A DNA stretch of 32,753 bases from Candidatus Sumerlaeia bacterium (GCA_038208905.1 JBBQYG010000027.1:1-32753), one strand, 5' to 3'; counted from the stretch's first letter, positions 1 through 9,890 are shown. Translations and numbers: made by a program. The notes: a model not told the origin generated them from the letters alone.

Positions 1-324
1 GATGTAAAGTGGGATCATCAGGATGAAAAAGATGAACCCGATCAGGATGATGGAAAGGCATACGCCCAGCACTGCCAGCACGAACATCAGGACGCAGAAC
101 GCGCTGGAGACCACCAGCGCCTTACGCGAGTGCATGGCGACGAAGGGAGACTCGTCCTTCTTCATCAGGTAGATGACCAGGAGGGCGATAAAGCTGGTCA
201 GGATGGCCCCCACATGGGCAAACATGGCGAAGTTCTTCTCGTCCTTGGTTGGCGTACCGGAAAAAGTGGCAGCCACAGGGGAAAACGGAGGCAGTTCCGG
301 GGGAGGCGGGGGAGGGATATCCAT
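1..324 (-). CDS. DUF4870/Tic20-like membrane protein (runs off window start)
   Basis: Not in the ORF track. Manual translation from ATG at 324 is open to base 1: MDIPPPPPPELPPF...PTKDEKNFAMFAHVGAILTSFIALLVIYLMKKDESPFVAMHSRKAL...LSIILIGFIFFILMIPLYI. 'DEKxxAMxAH' and 'KKDESPFV..H' are typical of DUF4870. Confidence 0.8.
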   Translation of the reverse strand, partial: MDIPPPPPPELPPFSPVAATFSGTPTKDEKNFAMFAHVGAILTSFIALLVIYLMKKDESPFVAMHSRKALVVSSAFCVLMFVLAVLGVCLSIILIGFIFFILMIPLYI

Positions 325-464
325 GAGGGGGCCTCTTTGATTCAGTTGAATGCACTGTGTCGGCCAGTTGGCAGGAGTGGCAATGGCAACCCGCTCCACG
401 GGCAAGAAATCAGGACTGCAAGTCTCTGTTCCCGATTCCCTCTTCCCCGTTCCCGGGCATTCCC

Positions 465-866
465 CTACATGCGCTCGTCGATGTCCTTTACGGCGTCGCG
501 GGCGCGGGTCTGCCAGTCGCCGGGGCGGCCCTTTTCCTCGGACTCGGGATAGACGATGGCTTGATCGATGATCTCGCGGGCGCGCTTGAGGAGGTCCTCG
601 TCGCGGCGGCGCTGGCCGCGGAGCTTGTCGATCTCAAGGCGATAGACTCGGGTGCGGTCGCCGCTCTTGAGCCAGAGGAACTCCGCGATCATCACAAGGG
701 CGATCAGCCCGGGGACGGGATGATAGACGAGGGCAAAGATGTCGGCAAGGCTGTAATTATACAGCAGGACCGCCGAAACGCAGACCAGCAGAACAATCAC
801 AATGTCGCCGACGCGGACCCGCGAGCGGCGACTGCGACGAGTCGAGCCGCCCGGGGCCGCAGCCAT
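465..866 (-). CDS. Small hypothetical membrane protein (2 TM helices plus a charged helical C-terminus)
   Basis: 133-aa ORF starting 2 bp after the greA stop. Basic N-terminus, two hydrophobic segments, coiled-coil-like tail. Confidence 0.7.
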   Translation of the reverse strand: MAAAPGGSTRRSRRSRVRVGDIVIVLLVCVSAVLLYNYSLADIFALVYHPVPGLIALVMIAEFLWLKSGDRTRVYRLEIDKLRGQRRRDEDLLKRAREIIDQAIVYPESEEKGRPGDWQTRARDAVKDIDERM

Positions 867-868
867 CG

Positions 869-3127
869 TCAGTTACCCGGGCCTTCCGCCAGCATCGCCG
901 ACGCCAGGCCAAGGACTTCGTACTCGGTCTCCCGGCCATCGGGGGTGACGGCGACGAAGGTCTCGCCCACGCGGCGCCCCATCAACTGGGAGCCGAAGGG
1001 GGTCAGGTAGGAGATGATGTTGTTTTCCAAGTCTGCTTCCCACATGCCCATCAGGGTCATCTCGCGTTCCGCGCTGTTGGAAGTTTCGCGGAGGCGGATG
1101 CGCGTGCCGAATCCGCTGGCCTCGGGCTGGGAGCCCTTGAGTTCCACCACACGGGCGCGCGCGATAAGGTCCTCGAGTTCCGCCGCCTGCTGCATGAGCA
1201 GCTTCTGGCGGTCCTTGGCGGCATGGTACTCGGCGTTTTCCTTGAGATCGCCTAGCTCGCGGGCCGTCTCGATGACCTTGGCCATCGCGGGAATATCGTG
1301 AGAGATGAGCTGGGAAAGGTGGCTGCGCTTCTCGTCCAGCGACGCTGACAGGGCGTAGTGGTGCGAGGGCTTCTTGCGCTCCTCGTCCTCCTCCATGCGC
1401 GATGTCTGGCGAAGCTCGATGTGGCGATCGACGAGGATGTCCTCCAGCGAGCGCTTGAGCTGGTGCGAGAGGGCATTGTGCAGGCGGATCGCGTGAAGGG
1501 TCCGGCGCCCTTCCTCCACGGTGGAGGCGACGACGGCGAGCTTGAAGAGCTTGCTGTTGGACTCGTTCAGGAGCGCGCGGACCTTGGTGGCGGAGTTCTT
1601 GGCGGCGACGCCTTCGGCAAGGTTGCGCGACTCGAACTTCTCCTCCAGTTCGGCCAGAACAGAGAGAAGCTCCTCGATGATCATCATCGGTGGCAGGCTC
1701 TCGCGCAGGTGGGGCCATGTGCCGTCGAGGACGTTCTTGGCGGCCCAGACAAAAAGCTCCGGATTTTGATCGGGCTTTGCGAAGATGGTCTCGATGGCGG
1801 CCAGGCGCTCGCCCTCCAGCTTGCGCCCGATCAGTTCCTTCTCCATCCACGACGCGGTGCGCGAATCGAGGTGGATCGTCGATTGAACGAAGACGTCGGA
1901 CCAATCGTCGGGACGGACCTTTTCGACGTGCTCGAGGACAATGCGGCGGGAATCGGGGACTTCGAGGCCGGCGATCAGTTCCACCACATCGGGGCCTGTC
2001 AGCAATGTGTCCACGTTGACGGGATTCGCCTTACCCTCGAAGAGGTCGGAGTACTCAAGAAACAGCACACCGAGACGGAACTGGTCATCGCGGGAGGAGA
2101 GCTTGGCATCGGACACGGCCTTCTGGAAGAGGAGGTAGAGGGCCTCCACGTCGTCTGGCTTCATCTCGGCGTCGGAGCCGTGGCGGCGCACGTCGCGAAG
2201 AACATCGCGGCGCGCGGCGGAGTCCTTGGCCTTGAGGAAATTGGCGAAGATGTCGTCGAAGAAGCTGCGGGGGGCGTCGCGAAGGACGAGTTCGGCATGG
2301 ATGCCGGTGCCAACCTGCTCGATCCAGGGGTCCAGCTTGATGGCCTTGCGGGCGCGCTCCCAGAAGCTCTTGTACTCGTTTTCGGTCAGGAACCGGGCCG
2401 TCAGGACGCGCTTGAGATCGACGGCCTTCATGCGGCCCTTCTCGCCCTTGAGCGCGATACGCAGCACCTCGGCGGGCTTGCCGACGATCATTTCCTTGAG
2501 TGCGTCGGCATCCAGGGTCATGCGCGCGATCAGGTGATCCTTGTGGATCGGGCGCAGGAAATTCCTCACACCGTCCAAGGTCATGACTTGGCCCTTCTTG
2601 CCGGGAAAGTCGATGGTGACCTTCCCCTCGGCCATGTTCAGGTCGCGGACGACGCCGATTCCCCACATGCTGTGCTTGAAGACTTGGCCTTTGGTGGCGC
2701 CAAGGAGGTCGTTGAACCGCTGGTTGATCTTGGCAAGGGGGACGGCGGGATCGCCGAAGCCGGCGCGCTCCATGAAGTCCGGGAGGAGCGCCCCCAACAC
2801 TTCCGTGTAGGCGACCTTGACCGCCTGCTGGTAATGATGGCGGAGGAAATCGTGAGACTCGTTCTGGGCGAGGATCTCTTCGATGATCGCGATGGCGGGC
2901 TCGCCCTTGCCCTTGGCGAGCATCGCATCCAGAAGGCCCTGATAGAGGTCAACAAAGTGCTGCGGCTGCTGCCTGCGGACGAGCTTGTCGATGATCGGCC
3001 CGTGGAAATCGAGCGAGAAGGACTCCGTTTCGATGACCTCCAGCCAGATTTCGTCAACCGTACTCCATCGCTTGGCTTGAATCGCCTGAAGGATTCTTTC
3101 CTGCTGGTCCAGATTCACAGACTCCAA
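869..3127 (-). CDS. greA: Extended GreA/GreB-family transcription elongation factor (~750 aa, Gre domain at the C-terminus)
   Basis: C-terminal ARELGDLKENAEYHAAKDRQ, FGTRIRL and ISYLTPFGSQLMG motifs. Start placed at TTG 3127 behind a GAGGAGGG RBS; the ORF-track start is 3277. Confidence 0.88.
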   Translation of the reverse strand: MESVNLDQQERILQAIQAKRWSTVDEIWLEVIETESFSLDFHGPIIDKLVRRQQPQHFVDLYQGLLDAMLAKGKGEPAIAIIEEILAQNESHDFLRHHYQQAVKVAYTEVLGALLPDFMERAGFGDPAVPLAKINQRFNDLLGATKGQVFKHSMWGIGVVRDLNMAEGKVTIDFPGKKGQVMTLDGVRNFLRPIHKDHLIARMTLDADALKEMIVGKPAEVLRIALKGEKGRMKAVDLKRVLTARFLTENEYKSFWERARKAIKLDPWIEQVGTGIHAELVLRDAPRSFFDDIFANFLKAKDSAARRDVLRDVRRHGSDAEMKPDDVEALYLLFQKAVSDAKLSSRDDQFRLGVLFLEYSDLFEGKANPVNVDTLLTGPDVVELIAGLEVPDSRRIVLEHVEKVRPDDWSDVFVQSTIHLDSRTASWMEKELIGRKLEGERLAAIETIFAKPDQNPELFVWAAKNVLDGTWPHLRESLPPMMIIEELLSVLAELEEKFESRNLAEGVAAKNSATKVRALLNESNSKLFKLAVVASTVEEGRRTLHAIRLHNALSHQLKRSLEDILVDRHIELRQTSRMEEDEERKKPSHHYALSASLDEKRSHLSQLISHDIPAMAKVIETARELGDLKENAEYHAAKDRQKLLMQQAAELEDLIARARVVELKGSQPEASGFGTRIRLRETSNSAEREMTLMGMWEADLENNIISYLTPFGSQLMGRRVGETFVAVTPDGRETEYEVLGLASAMLAEGPGN

Positions 3128-3723
3128 AGACAGTCCCTCCTCGGCGGCTGGGGGGCCCGGGGAAAAGCACCGGGCTCGATTGAGCGCCCAAATGGTGGAG
3201 GCGGGCTCCTCCCGGAGACAAGGCGAAAGACGCCGCTCTTCGATATGCATTCGCGCCGCTGCCTCAGAAGGCTTCACGTAGGCGCGAGGCTTGATTTCGC
3301 AACTCGGAAGCTACCCTGAGTCCTCACAAGATGGGGCAGGTTCCAATGCGGGATGTCGCGACCTTGGCTTCGAGGCGGCATCAAGTTCCTCTTCGGTGAA
3401 CGGGTTGCCGGACTGGGTGGCGGTAATCGTTCCGCCAGATCGGGATCGGAAGAAGCGACTCCATAGAAAGCGATTTATTCGCCGTGTTCCGTCGTTATCC
3501 AGCTTGCGTGGCCATCGGCGCTTGCTGTTGAAAAAAGGCTGCTTATGGAATGAATCGGAAAAGTTCGCGGTAGGGCGAACCCGCTACGCACTTTGTGCCG
3601 ATCAATCAAGGATTCGGCGGTGGTTCTCTAGTTGATGCTTGCGACGTCCGGAAATCGCATGCATCCACTGTCCCGATTTACTCAATCATTCGGCAATCAA
3701 TGGCCCGGGACGGAGTGCCTCAC

Positions 3724-5526
3724 ATGGAGAACCGCAGTCAATCGGTTGTGCTTATCGCAGCGGTTTGCGTGGCGATCGGATCGGAGCCGATGCCGCTTCA
3801 TGCCATGACGCTGGGAGCCGTCGGCGTCGAGGTGTCGGAGGACTTCGATTCGATGGAAACGGCCGATTCCACAGCCGCGATTCCAGGTGGGTTTCGTGTG
3901 GGCGCTGGGGCGAGCCCGACCTATGTGGGGGGATTGAGCGAGACGACTCAATACACCGGGACTGTGTTGCCAAATATCATTTCCAGCATGGCGAGCGGCG
4001 GCACTTACAACTTTGGGAATGGTAATCGGAATTCCTCGACCGAGCGTGCGCTTGGGTTCGTCAACTCGGGGGCATTTTCGTCTCCGCGATCGATCATGGT
4101 CGAGATCGTGAACAATACAGGTTCTGAATTGGCGCAGCTTGATGTGGCTTGGGACTACGAGAAGTACCGCTCGGGAACGCGTCAGTATGACTGGACGTTT
4201 TTCGTTTCGACGGACGGAAACGGGTGGGCAGCGAACACCATCGGCGACCAGATCAACACAGTGGATGCAGACATCGCCACGGTCTATCATCCGCCGGAGT
4301 CCGCCGCGAAATCCCTGTCGATCACAGGGCTTTCCATCGCCAACGGTGCGAGCTACTTCCTGCGCTGGAATTTGACTGGAGTAGGTGGATCGACGAACGC
4401 ACAGGCCCGCGCAATCGACAACTTCAGGGTAACTGGAGTCGCAGCGGTACCCCCCGACACGACGCCCCCCACGGTCGCGTCCATCGTGCGCCAGTCGCCG
4501 GGAAGTTCTCCGACCAACGCGGACGATGTGACATGGCGCGTGTCCTTCGACGAGGCGATCAACGCGGGAACCGTGGCACCGGACGATTTCACGCTGACGC
4601 CGACGGCGGGTGTCCTGGGCGGCGCGGCGATTTCGGGTGTGGGCATTGTGAGCGCGACGACGTTCGATGTGACCGCGAGCACGGGGACCGGGAACAAGAC
4701 GCTCCGCCTTGACGTGCTTCCCGCGGCAACCATCGCGGACGCGGCGGGGAATGACTACGCCGCGACGTTCAATTCCGGCCAGACCTATCAGATCGACAGG
4801 ACGGAGCCGACCTCGTCCGCCTCCACGCCAGCTTCGCAGGTCGGCGGCGCCATCACCGTCACCTCCACCCCCAACGGCACGGGCTCCGCCCTTGCGAGCG
4901 CGACGCTCTACGCAAGGGAGGCGTCGGGCACTTGGGCCTCCGTGGGGAGCATCGCGGGAGGTACAGCTATCTATACACCCCCGGCGAGCGGGCTTTACTA
5001 CTTCCAGACCGTTGCGACCGACACGGCGGGGAACTCCGAGCCAATCCCCTCTGGCACGATGGGAACGGGAGACGATTCGACCGTGTACAATTCCAACGCG
5101 AACGCGGCCCTGGCGCTCGATGTCCCGGCGGGCGCGCTTCGGTACTTCCCGATGACCTCAACGGCTGGCGTCACGATCGACTTCTCCGCGGCGACCCCAT
5201 CGACACTGGTGACGGTTTCTCGCGCGACGGGCGATTTGGCGCCTGGGACGCTGGCCGCCGCCAAGCTAATCGACGAATCGATTTCCATCGCGGGGACTTT
5301 CTCCGGCACCGCCAACATCGTGTGGACCTTCGACGTGGCAGCCACATCGCCGCTCGACGCGGTGTTCCGCGACAACGCGGGCACAGTCACGGAATTCGCC
5401 CCCATAGGCCTTGTTGGAAGTACCATCACGATCAATGGAGTACTGGGCTTTTCGACCTGGTACGCGGGGGACGCGACAGCCGATGTCCCAGTGTCCAGCA
5501 TCGGGGATTGGATGCTAATGTATTGA
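3724..5526 (+). CDS. Secreted multi-domain surface protein (N-terminal beta-sandwich-like domain, bacterial Ig-like domains, C-terminal SSIGDWMLMY)
   Basis: GGAG RBS before ATG 3724; signal-peptide-like N-terminus; Ser/Thr/Gly-rich; Ig-like entries DTTPPTVASIVRQSP..TNADDVTWRVSFDEA and IDRTEPTSSA..YYFQTVATDTAGNSE. Confidence 0.8.
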   Translation: MENRSQSVVLIAAVCVAIGSEPMPLHAMTLGAVGVEVSEDFDSMETADSTAAIPGGFRVGAGASPTYVGGLSETTQYTGTVLPNIISSMASGGTYNFGNGNRNSSTERALGFVNSGAFSSPRSIMVEIVNNTGSELAQLDVAWDYEKYRSGTRQYDWTFFVSTDGNGWAANTIGDQINTVDADIATVYHPPESAAKSLSITGLSIANGASYFLRWNLTGVGGSTNAQARAIDNFRVTGVAAVPPDTTPPTVASIVRQSPGSSPTNADDVTWRVSFDEAINAGTVAPDDFTLTPTAGVLGGAAISGVGIVSATTFDVTASTGTGNKTLRLDVLPAATIADAAGNDYAATFNSGQTYQIDRTEPTSSASTPASQVGGAITVTSTPNGTGSALASATLYAREASGTWASVGSIAGGTAIYTPPASGLYYFQTVATDTAGNSEPIPSGTMGTGDDSTVYNSNANAALALDVPAGALRYFPMTSTAGVTIDFSAATPSTLVTVSRATGDLAPGTLAAAKLIDESISIAGTFSGTANIVWTFDVAATSPLDAVFRDNAGTVTEFAPIGLVGSTITINGVLGFSTWYAGDATADVPVSSIGDWMLMY

Positions 5527-5699
5527 TCCGTTTCGGATGGCCAGGATGCTGTTCCTGCCGAATGCCCCAATATGCCGACATCTTTCTTGCCTCGCCCCAT
5601 GACAGCCTGCTCCCATCGACAGACACAGCCGATTGAAGCTCCGGCGAGCGAAATTTCGGTGTCTTTGGCGAGGCCAGATTCACCGACAGGGGTTCGAGA

Positions 5700-8222
5700 A
5701 TGTCAGCAGGCGCCATCGAAGAGGAAATCAGCGTTCACGCTGGCGAGGAAGACAGCCGCGGGCGGCGAGTAAGCCCGTGGGCGTGGATGAACACCGTTTA
5801 TTTTGCGCAGGGCCTTCAATACGCCATCGTCACCCAGCTCTTCGTCATCGTGTTCTTCACGATGGGCATCGGCCAGGGCGACATCCTGTTCTGGATCGGC
5901 CTGCTGACGCTGCCTTGGACGATCAAGCCGTTGTGGGGGCCGATCGTCGATCGCTACTGGACTAAGCGCTCGTGGACCTGGTCGATGCAGATCATCGTGG
6001 GGCTATGCTTTCTCGGCACCGCTGCCGCGCTGCTGATTCCCGGGACGCAGGCACTGATTCCCAAGATCGCCCTTCAACCTCCGTTTTTCTACGGCTGTCT
6101 GATATTCCTTTTCATCCTCGCCATCGCCGGCGCCACGCACGACATCGCGTGCGACGGCTTCTACATGATGGCGCTTAACCAGAAGCAGCAGGCGTTCTTC
6201 GTCGGGGTGCGCAGCACTGTCTTCCGCATCGCGCTAATCTTTGCCAACGGCATCCTGATCTGGATGGCGGGGCTCGTGCAGTCGGGAACCGGTCTGCCAG
6301 CCGGCCAGGTTGAGATTACCGCGCTTCCCAAGGAGAGCGCCCTTGTCGCTTCCTCCGATCAGATTTTCGCGGGGGAAGTTTGGCAGGCCAGCTCCGAGCA
6401 AGCGCTGCTGATTCGCCCCGGGAAACTTGAGATACGCGGCGGAGAAGAAGAGTTCGTGACACTCCGCCTCGCCCAGCCGCCTGAGAATGGCAGCCAGATC
6501 GTCGTGCTGCGATTCACCTCGCGCAATTCGAAGGGACTATCGATCCCCAAAAGTTCCGAGCGCCTCGAGTTCACCAGCGCCAATTGGCGGAAGGGTATCG
6601 ATGTCCCCGTTACCGCCGACGCCAAGACCGCTTCCGCGGCATCCGATGTCCTGCGCATTCAGTCGGGAAACATCCCCCTAAGCTGGTCATTCGTCTGCGT
6701 CCTTTGCGGCGCGTCGTTCTTCATGCTGGGCGTGTTGCATCGCTTCATTCTGCCCTATCCAATCACAGACAAGTCCGATGCTGTGGGGCGCCCGAACATC
6801 CTGATCCCGCTTGGGGCGCTGGCGCTGACCATCGGAATTCCGTGGGCATTGGGCTACAGCATCTTCTATTCGGCGGGACGCTTTCGGGATGCGGCACGCG
6901 ATGTGACGGTGGGTGTGCTGCCCAAGGACGAGAAAGTCGCGGGGGCGCTTCAGGGCCTGCGCGCCACGGTGGATGCCCAGAACCCCGATGTCCAGCAGGC
7001 CTTTGCCGGGCGCCTCTTCGCGCTGCTGGGCAGCTTGGGCACCAATGGGCTGCCGGAGACTCCAACGGAACTGGACCAAACCGTGACGCTTCGCGACACG
7101 CTCGCGAGGTATGGCCTCATCGACGATGCTGCCCTTGCCGACCGTCTATACACGGGCATCGAGGCCGAACGCGCCAATCCCGATTTCGCCGCGAGCCACC
7201 AGCTTCGGCGGTTACTTGCCCAAGTCAAGAAGCTGAATGGCGACAAGCCGCCCGCGAGTCGCGAGAAGGTGGAGGCTCTCGTGGCGGAACTGCGCCTTCC
7301 GGCGCTGGTTGCCATCGAGGCCGACGTGCGGGCCCTCGCCAAGCCGCTCGCCAACGTCCGGGCCGCGTCGGGCGGAAAGCTCCCCGCGGATCAGGCCCGC
7401 ATCCAGGCCGTGCTGGACAGAGCGCGCACAACGCCTTCGGTGCTCGAAATGAAGGGATTCACTTTCTTCTTCACCGCGTCGCGCCTCATCCTCGTCATCG
7501 GAATCGGGCTGCTATTCATCTATACGCCAGTGAGCGTCCCCGCGGGAAAGGCGGTGTGGGCCCTGTCGGACCTGAGCCGAATCGGATTCGCGGAGGTGTT
7601 CAGTACCTTCTTCTCCAAGCCGGGCGTCACCGTCGTGATCGGTTTCATCCTAACTTTCCGGCTCGGGGAAATCCAACTTTCCCAAGTGAAGAACATCTTC
7701 CTTCTGGATAGCACGTCCAATAGCGGGCTCGCGATGTCGATCAGCCAACTGGCGTTCACCAACACCGCCGTCTATCTTGTGGCGCTCTCTATCGGGGGCA
7801 TCCTTGGCGGCTGGCTGGTTTCTGCCTACGGCCTCAAGAAGGTGATTTGGCCGATGGTAGCAGCGGTGCATCTTCCGAACCTGCTGTACTACTGGATGGC
7901 GGTCGCAAAGCCGGATTCCATTTCCTGGATCAACCTTGTCGTGGGCATCGAATCCTTTGGCTACGGATTCGGCCTCTCGGCCTTCCTTCTCGTGATGATC
8001 ATCGCGGCGGAGGGCCCGTACAAGACTGCGCACTATGCCCTATGCACCGGATTCATGTCGCTGGGAGCAATGCTCCCCGGCATGTGGTCCGGGTATCTTT
8101 CGGAGCTTGTCGGCTACCAGACGTTCTTCCTCCTCGTCATGCTGTTTTGCGTCCCCGGCGTTCTCTTTATTCCGTTCCTGCCGATTCCCGCCGACTTTGG
8201 GATGAAGGCCAAGAAGACATGA
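5700..8222 (+). CDS. ampG: AmpG-family MFS muropeptide transporter with two large insertions
   Basis: SPWAWMNTVYFAQGLQY, LPWTIKPLWGPIVD, ATHDIACDGFYM, FFVGVRSTVFRIA, FRLGE and YKTAHYALCTGFM match the AmpG subfamily. It is 840 aa against the usual ~430. Confidence 0.85.
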   Translation: MSAGAIEEEISVHAGEEDSRGRRVSPWAWMNTVYFAQGLQYAIVTQLFVIVFFTMGIGQGDILFWIGLLTLPWTIKPLWGPIVDRYWTKRSWTWSMQIIVGLCFLGTAAALLIPGTQALIPKIALQPPFFYGCLIFLFILAIAGATHDIACDGFYMMALNQKQQAFFVGVRSTVFRIALIFANGILIWMAGLVQSGTGLPAGQVEITALPKESALVASSDQIFAGEVWQASSEQALLIRPGKLEIRGGEEEFVTLRLAQPPENGSQIVVLRFTSRNSKGLSIPKSSERLEFTSANWRKGIDVPVTADAKTASAASDVLRIQSGNIPLSWSFVCVLCGASFFMLGVLHRFILPYPITDKSDAVGRPNILIPLGALALTIGIPWALGYSIFYSAGRFRDAARDVTVGVLPKDEKVAGALQGLRATVDAQNPDVQQAFAGRLFALLGSLGTNGLPETPTELDQTVTLRDTLARYGLIDDAALADRLYTGIEAERANPDFAASHQLRRLLAQVKKLNGDKPPASREKVEALVAELRLPALVAIEADVRALAKPLANVRAASGGKLPADQARIQAVLDRARTTPSVLEMKGFTFFFTASRLILVIGIGLLFIYTPVSVPAGKAVWALSDLSRIGFAEVFSTFFSKPGVTVVIGFILTFRLGEIQLSQVKNIFLLDSTSNSGLAMSISQLAFTNTAVYLVALSIGGILGGWLVSAYGLKKVIWPMVAAVHLPNLLYYWMAVAKPDSISWINLVVGIESFGYGFGLSAFLLVMIIAAEGPYKTAHYALCTGFMSLGAMLPGMWSGYLSELVGYQTFFLLVMLFCVPGVLFIPFLPIPADFGMKAKKT

Positions 8223-9862
8223 TCACTGCAACCATTCCCCTTCGGAGAGATCGTATGCTGTCAACTGTGTCCAAGTGCCTCGCCGGTGTAGCCGTCTTCT
8301 GCATCGGCGGAATCCTTCCCGCGGTGGCCTCGGCCCAGCCTGCGGAAAAACTCCCCGTCGTGCAGCGAGAGTTCCGCGCGGCTTGGGTCGCCACCGTGGC
8401 CAACATCGACTGGCCCTCCAAGCCCGGCCTCTCCACCGCCGATCAGCAGGCCGAGGCGATCAAGATCCTCGACACGGCGCGAGAGATCAACATGAACGCC
8501 ATCGTGTTTCAGGTCCGCCCCCACTGCGACGCGATGTACAAGTCCGACATAGAGCCGTGGTCCTCCTACATCACGGGCATTCAGGGACAGGCCCCCGATC
8601 CCTACTACGATCCGCTGGAGTTCTGGGTAAAGGAATCCCACGCGCGCGGCATGGAACTGCACTGCTGGTTCAACCCCTACCGCGCCAATCACTCCAGCAA
8701 CCGCGGCCCCGAGGGCACCACGCCGGAGGAGCGCCTGGTCGATAGCCACGTCGTGAAGACCCATCCCGACTGGGTCAAGAAGCTCGGCACCAAGGGCTAC
8801 TACTGGCTCGATCCCGCAAAGAAGGAAGTGCAGGACCTCACCACCGCCGTGGTGATGGACGTGGTGCGTCGCTATGATGTGGACGGCATCCACTTCGACG
8901 ACTACTTCTATCCCTATCCCGACTACAACGATGGGAAGGACTTTCCCGACGACGACACGTGGGCGGCGTACCAGGCGAGCGGCGGCAAGCTCTCCCGCGG
9001 CGACTTCCGCCGCGACGGCGTGAACAAGTTGATGGAGAGCCTCTACGCCGCGATCAAGAAGGAGAAGAAGCACGTCAAGTTTGGCCTGAGCCCCTTCGGC
9101 ATCGGCAAGCCCGGCGAGCCCGCGAGCATCGCCGGCTTCAACCAGTACGAAACGCTCTATGCCGACGCACAACTCTGGCTCAACGAGGGCTGGGTGGACT
9201 ACTACACGCCCCAGTTGTATTGGAAGATCGAAAAGATCCCCCAGAGCTATCCGATCCTTCTCGGCTGGTGGATTTCCCAGAACCACCACAACCGCAACAT
9301 CTGGCCGGGCCTCTATACAAGCCGCTATGGCAACGCCCGCGACGAGCAGGCCGACGCGGAGGAGATCCCGCGCCAGATCCTGGTGACGCGCGGCATGGCG
9401 GGCGCGTCTGGCCATGTGCATTTCAGCATGAAGGCGTTGCTGAACAACCGGGAGACGCTGACCGACAAGCTCAAGACCGGGCTCTACGCCGCGCCCGCGC
9501 TCATCCCGCCTTCGCCGTGGCTGGACGACAAGGCGCCCGCGACGCCGTCGATCAAATCCACCGGCGCCGAAGGCAACTCGGTGTCGCTGGCCCTTGAGGC
9601 AAAGGATGCCGGGGACGTCTTTGTCTGGGTGCTCTATGCCAAGCGCGGTAGCAAGTGGACCACCGAGATCCTCCCCGCTGCCACAACGGCGCATGACTTG
9701 AGCATCCGGCTCGAAACCACGACGACGACCGCCACCAATCAGGGCCTGGAAACCAAGGAAACCAAGACCACCGGCGAGCCACTCAGCCTTGTGGCGCTCA
9801 CCGCTGTTGATCGCGTCGGCAACGAGAGCGAGCCGGTCTATCTGGAGATTGGCGCGAAGTAG
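8219..9862 (+). CDS. Glycoside hydrolase family 10-like (GHL10, DigH/YddW-type) secreted hydrolase with a C-terminal FN3-like domain
   Basis: REFRAAWVATVANIDWPS, FQVRP, HCWFNPYR, YDVDGIHFDDYFYPY, FGLSPFGI and DYYTPQLYW. ATG 8219 overlaps the ampG stop (ATGA); alternative start at 8255. Signal peptide ends ...AVASA. Confidence 0.9.
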   Translation: MITATIPLRRDRMLSTVSKCLAGVAVFCIGGILPAVASAQPAEKLPVVQREFRAAWVATVANIDWPSKPGLSTADQQAEAIKILDTAREINMNAIVFQVRPHCDAMYKSDIEPWSSYITGIQGQAPDPYYDPLEFWVKESHARGMELHCWFNPYRANHSSNRGPEGTTPEERLVDSHVVKTHPDWVKKLGTKGYYWLDPAKKEVQDLTTAVVMDVVRRYDVDGIHFDDYFYPYPDYNDGKDFPDDDTWAAYQASGGKLSRGDFRRDGVNKLMESLYAAIKKEKKHVKFGLSPFGIGKPGEPASIAGFNQYETLYADAQLWLNEGWVDYYTPQLYWKIEKIPQSYPILLGWWISQNHHNRNIWPGLYTSRYGNARDEQADAEEIPRQILVTRGMAGASGHVHFSMKALLNNRETLTDKLKTGLYAAPALIPPSPWLDDKAPATPSIKSTGAEGNSVSLALEAKDAGDVFVWVLYAKRGSKWTTEILPAATTAHDLSIRLETTTTTATNQGLETKETKTTGEPLSLVALTAVDRVGNESEPVYLEIGAK

Positions 9863-9890
9863 CATCAGCTACACCACCACCGAATGCGCC

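Noticed and set aside
1358-3319. 653-aa plus-strand ORF
   Set aside because: Antisense shadow of greA, expected from high GC3; no recognisable motifs.
3291-3635. 114-aa intergenic ORF
   Set aside because: TTG start, no RBS or coding bias and no motifs.
7847-8218. N-terminal extension of the GHL10 ORF (similar extensions at 9789, 18682, 22030, 24003 and 30960)
   Set aside because: These extensions overlap upstream genes or precede better RBS/coupled starts; they are ORF-caller artefacts.
8261-9865. 534-aa minus-strand ORF
   Set aside because: Antisense shadow of the GHL10 gene.
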